From Schmidtea nova (Eukaryota), in the NCBI GenBank assembly GCA_044892505.1, contig CM097884.1, positions 29,760,001-29,824,000 on the forward strand: a DNA stretch of 64,000 nt. The letters run 5' to 3'. The position numbers were made by a program, and so were the translations under genes. The notes under the pieces are model-generated. The model worked only from the letters and a program-made list of their open reading frames with translations. It did not search any database and was not told the DNA's origin. Every line of letters starts with the position of its first letter. Positions within the stretch are counted from its first letter, which is position 1. This document shows positions 61,345-64,000 of this stretch, piece after piece.

Positions 61345-62517
61345 GTTTTCAATGTTTTATTTATATTTTTTTTAATTCGAACTTATGAGACTTAGATATT
61401 TAAATTTCACTTTATTGTTATTTTCACTTTTGATTGTTTTCAAATTTCAAATTACAAATAGTGCATGGTTAAGCTGGCTATGAAATCCGCATTTTAAATA
61501 ATATCCGGTTATTTAATTTTATATTTACTACCATTTACTGATGTTTGATAAAGGATGACCATTTAACCCCCCGCATCTTGCGGGTCAGTTCTGCGTTTGG
61601 ATTTAGTGTCCCGTACGATTACATGCTTCACAAAATATGACTCCCATACGAATTACATTCTATTTTAAATAAAAATTATAAAAGAAATAAAGTTTGGGTA
61701 CATGTTGAGTACATAATGGTGAATAAACAATTTGAAAGGCTAGAATAGAGAATAGAATTTAGTTTGAGAAACATACTGTTTCTCAGATTTACTAGTTTTA
61801 ATCAGTTGTGAAAATATAATACTTATAATTAATTAAGTAACTGTTTTATAACAATGTTGAACATTTTTCGAGAGAAAAATCCTTCTTATCTACGAACCTA
61901 GGTACCTTTCCACTATTTTTAGGTACTGCCTTTCCAATTTATTAAGTGTACAGTACGTTTTAAGAAATCTGAAAGAGTTTTCAGGAATAATTTTCGTAAA
62001 TGGATTTCATTTAAAAATTATTAATCGCTTCTCACTTTTTTATACACTTGGACTTTTAAAATTTCTTATTGTTAAAATTTTACTGTCATGAGTATGAATC
62101 CTTTTATCATTTATAATGTGCTCCTTTCTAAAAAATTATATTTACTTGAACTCTACCAACATAAAATCGTAAACCCCTCGATGGTGCCCGTGCGATACCC
62201 CTAACTACACCTCACGTTGGAACTGCACCAGCTGGTGTATGTCAAGAGGGCATGTGAGCTGCCTAGGTAGTTACTATTCCCCTCTTGCCTATACGTGTTC
62301 ATTCGGCTGATAGAAGACCTTTCGCTGTTGTATCTCTAGTCCCTTTATAAAATTTTAAGTTAAATTACGTTCGCAATCGAATTAAACTACACGAATAAAC
62401 AAAATTTTCTGGTCAATTCTTGATGTTAAATTAGATTAAGCACAAACAAATTCATAAATACACGTTTATTTTATATAAACACATAAGGGTTAATTAGTTC
62501 GATTAACTGGTGTTCAT

Positions 62518-62805
62518 TTAGGCCGCTGAGTAAATCCACATGAATGCCAAGTCGTTCGGCAAGTCGTTCACATCTATGTAGTCCATCCTGATTTCAGAAC
62601 AATACAAACCAGCTTGGCGTGGCCTCGAAATTGTCGATAATTTGATACGACAGTGGCAAGAAGGGACCTCTTTCTCATCAGATCTCCTTCTGAGTTGACT
62701 CGTTTCATGCCCAAAGGGAGCTTTTGATTTGAATTTGCATCTCCATATCCACAGATTTGCGTTTACTTCTCGCATACGGGGCGAGGGAGATTTCTGACTG
62801 AACAT
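62518..62805 (-). other. Small ORF or gene remnant of unknown function in a GC-elevated island next to the pPolB, possibly Polinton-derived
   Basis: 95-codon ORF in more GC-rich sequence than its surroundings, AATAAA ~50 nt after its stop on the minus strand; no recognisable motif. Confidence 0.25.
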
Positions 62806-63288
62806 CTTCCTGGCTTGCTGAGGGTTCCTTTCCTATGATCGATTGGCTTTGATGGGATCACTTGTTTTAGCTGTACCTTCATCCTTTAATTATTAAAATA
62901 CATACTAAATTAACTATCATACTCTCGCCCCATACTTGTGACATTATCAATATATTAAAAAAAATTTTAAATAACAAATAGATAAACTGACGACTAAAAT
63001 TATTCGCCTTTATAGATAATTTGAATAATTTGAATTAATTTGAATATTGATTAATATTACTTATTGTTTTATTTTTTAATAATTTTTTAGTAATTAAAGT
63101 TTTTGTAAATTATTTATTAATAAATAATTTATTTTCTATCATAGTAAATAGTGTGTTCTATATGAAAATTATTATATTAAATTAATATTTTTAAATTAAT
63201 TGTAAATAATTTAAATTTTACATCTTTGAGTAAAACTTATTATTAAAACAATTCTAGTTAAGAATATAATAATTAAAATTAATTAATA

Positions 63289-64000
63289 TTATTTTTCAAG
63301 GCATTGGTGATTTGGAGGGAATCTCAGTGTCAAACTCTTTGTGACTATATGATGGTCTACCTTAAACTTGACGTCTTTCTTCTTGCTGACTTCTTTCAAC
63401 AGTTTAGGGCTAAATCTATAGCTCACAATAGACTTGAACCTTTGAATTTCTTGGGGATTCCAGGTATGTCGTGGGCTTCTGCGCTTATTACCTTGGATGA
63501 GCCTATTGAGTTTCTCCAGGATATGGAGATTTAAAATTTTTTCGAAGGGGGGATCCGTGGTGGTTTGACATTTGTCAACAAGCACCATGTACTATCCTCC
63601 GAAACGACTGAACTTTTATATATTGACATAAATAATTTATACGGGTGGGCTTTAAGTCAAAATTTACCTTATGGTGAATTTAAATGGATCACTGATGAGA
63701 ATAAATTAAATAAATTAATTAAATTAATGGATACTGATTTGGTTATTTTGACTTATAGCGTGACTTTTGAAATAGATCTTGAAATACCTTCAGAAATTCA
63801 CGATAAATTAAATGATTTCCCGGTTGCAGCAGAGAAAATGTGTGCTCCCGGTTCAAAAGTTGAGAATTTATTGCTTACGCATTATCCAAAGTTCAACTAT
63901 GTTGTTCATTGGAGACTTCTCAAGCTTTTTGTTTCTTTGGGTGTTAAAATAACACGAGTTCATCGGGCTGTTCAGTACAAACAGAAACCCATTTTTAAAA
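63289..64000 (+). pseudogene. Polinton/Maverick-type protein-primed family B DNA polymerase fragment, continues past the window end
   Basis: Exo III-like YLKLDVFLLADFFQQFR, PGMSW, GIRGG, motif A YIDINNLYGWALSQNLP, HDKLNDFPVA, YVVHWRLL in one frame. In-frame TAA at 63532-63534; no coding sequence upstream of ~63290. Confidence 0.88.

Noticed and set aside
61563-62493. piggyBac-like element from ttaacccc (61563) to gggttaa (~62490)
   Set aside because: The putative ends match for only 3 bases beyond TTAA; no real TIR and no transposase.

Overview
AT-rich eukaryotic (probably invertebrate animal) genomic DNA. Bases 1-54.8 kb are a head-to-tail tandem array of a 1203/1204-bp unit (45 complete copies plus one partial). 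The 344-aa ORFs in the track are not separate genes. Each unit is a 972-nt exon (324 codons, phase 0 at both ends, no stops) plus a 231/232-nt GT-AG intron, and the only length variation falls inside the intron. The array splices in frame into a unique acidic exon rich in TQT/GIQT-type motifs (56130-57748) and a terminal exon with plectin/plakin-repeat-like modules (60419-61253), followed by AATAAA. Together these predict the C-terminal part of one giant protein, at least ~15,600 aa within this window, with its start upstream. The last intron holds a MITE-like element (46-bp TIRs, 8-bp TSD, containing an assembly gap) and a full-length but inactivated DD34D mariner. The window ends in a decayed Polinton/Maverick-type protein-primed DNA polymerase B. 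The gene model comes from splice signals and reading-frame logic only; there is no transcript evidence here.
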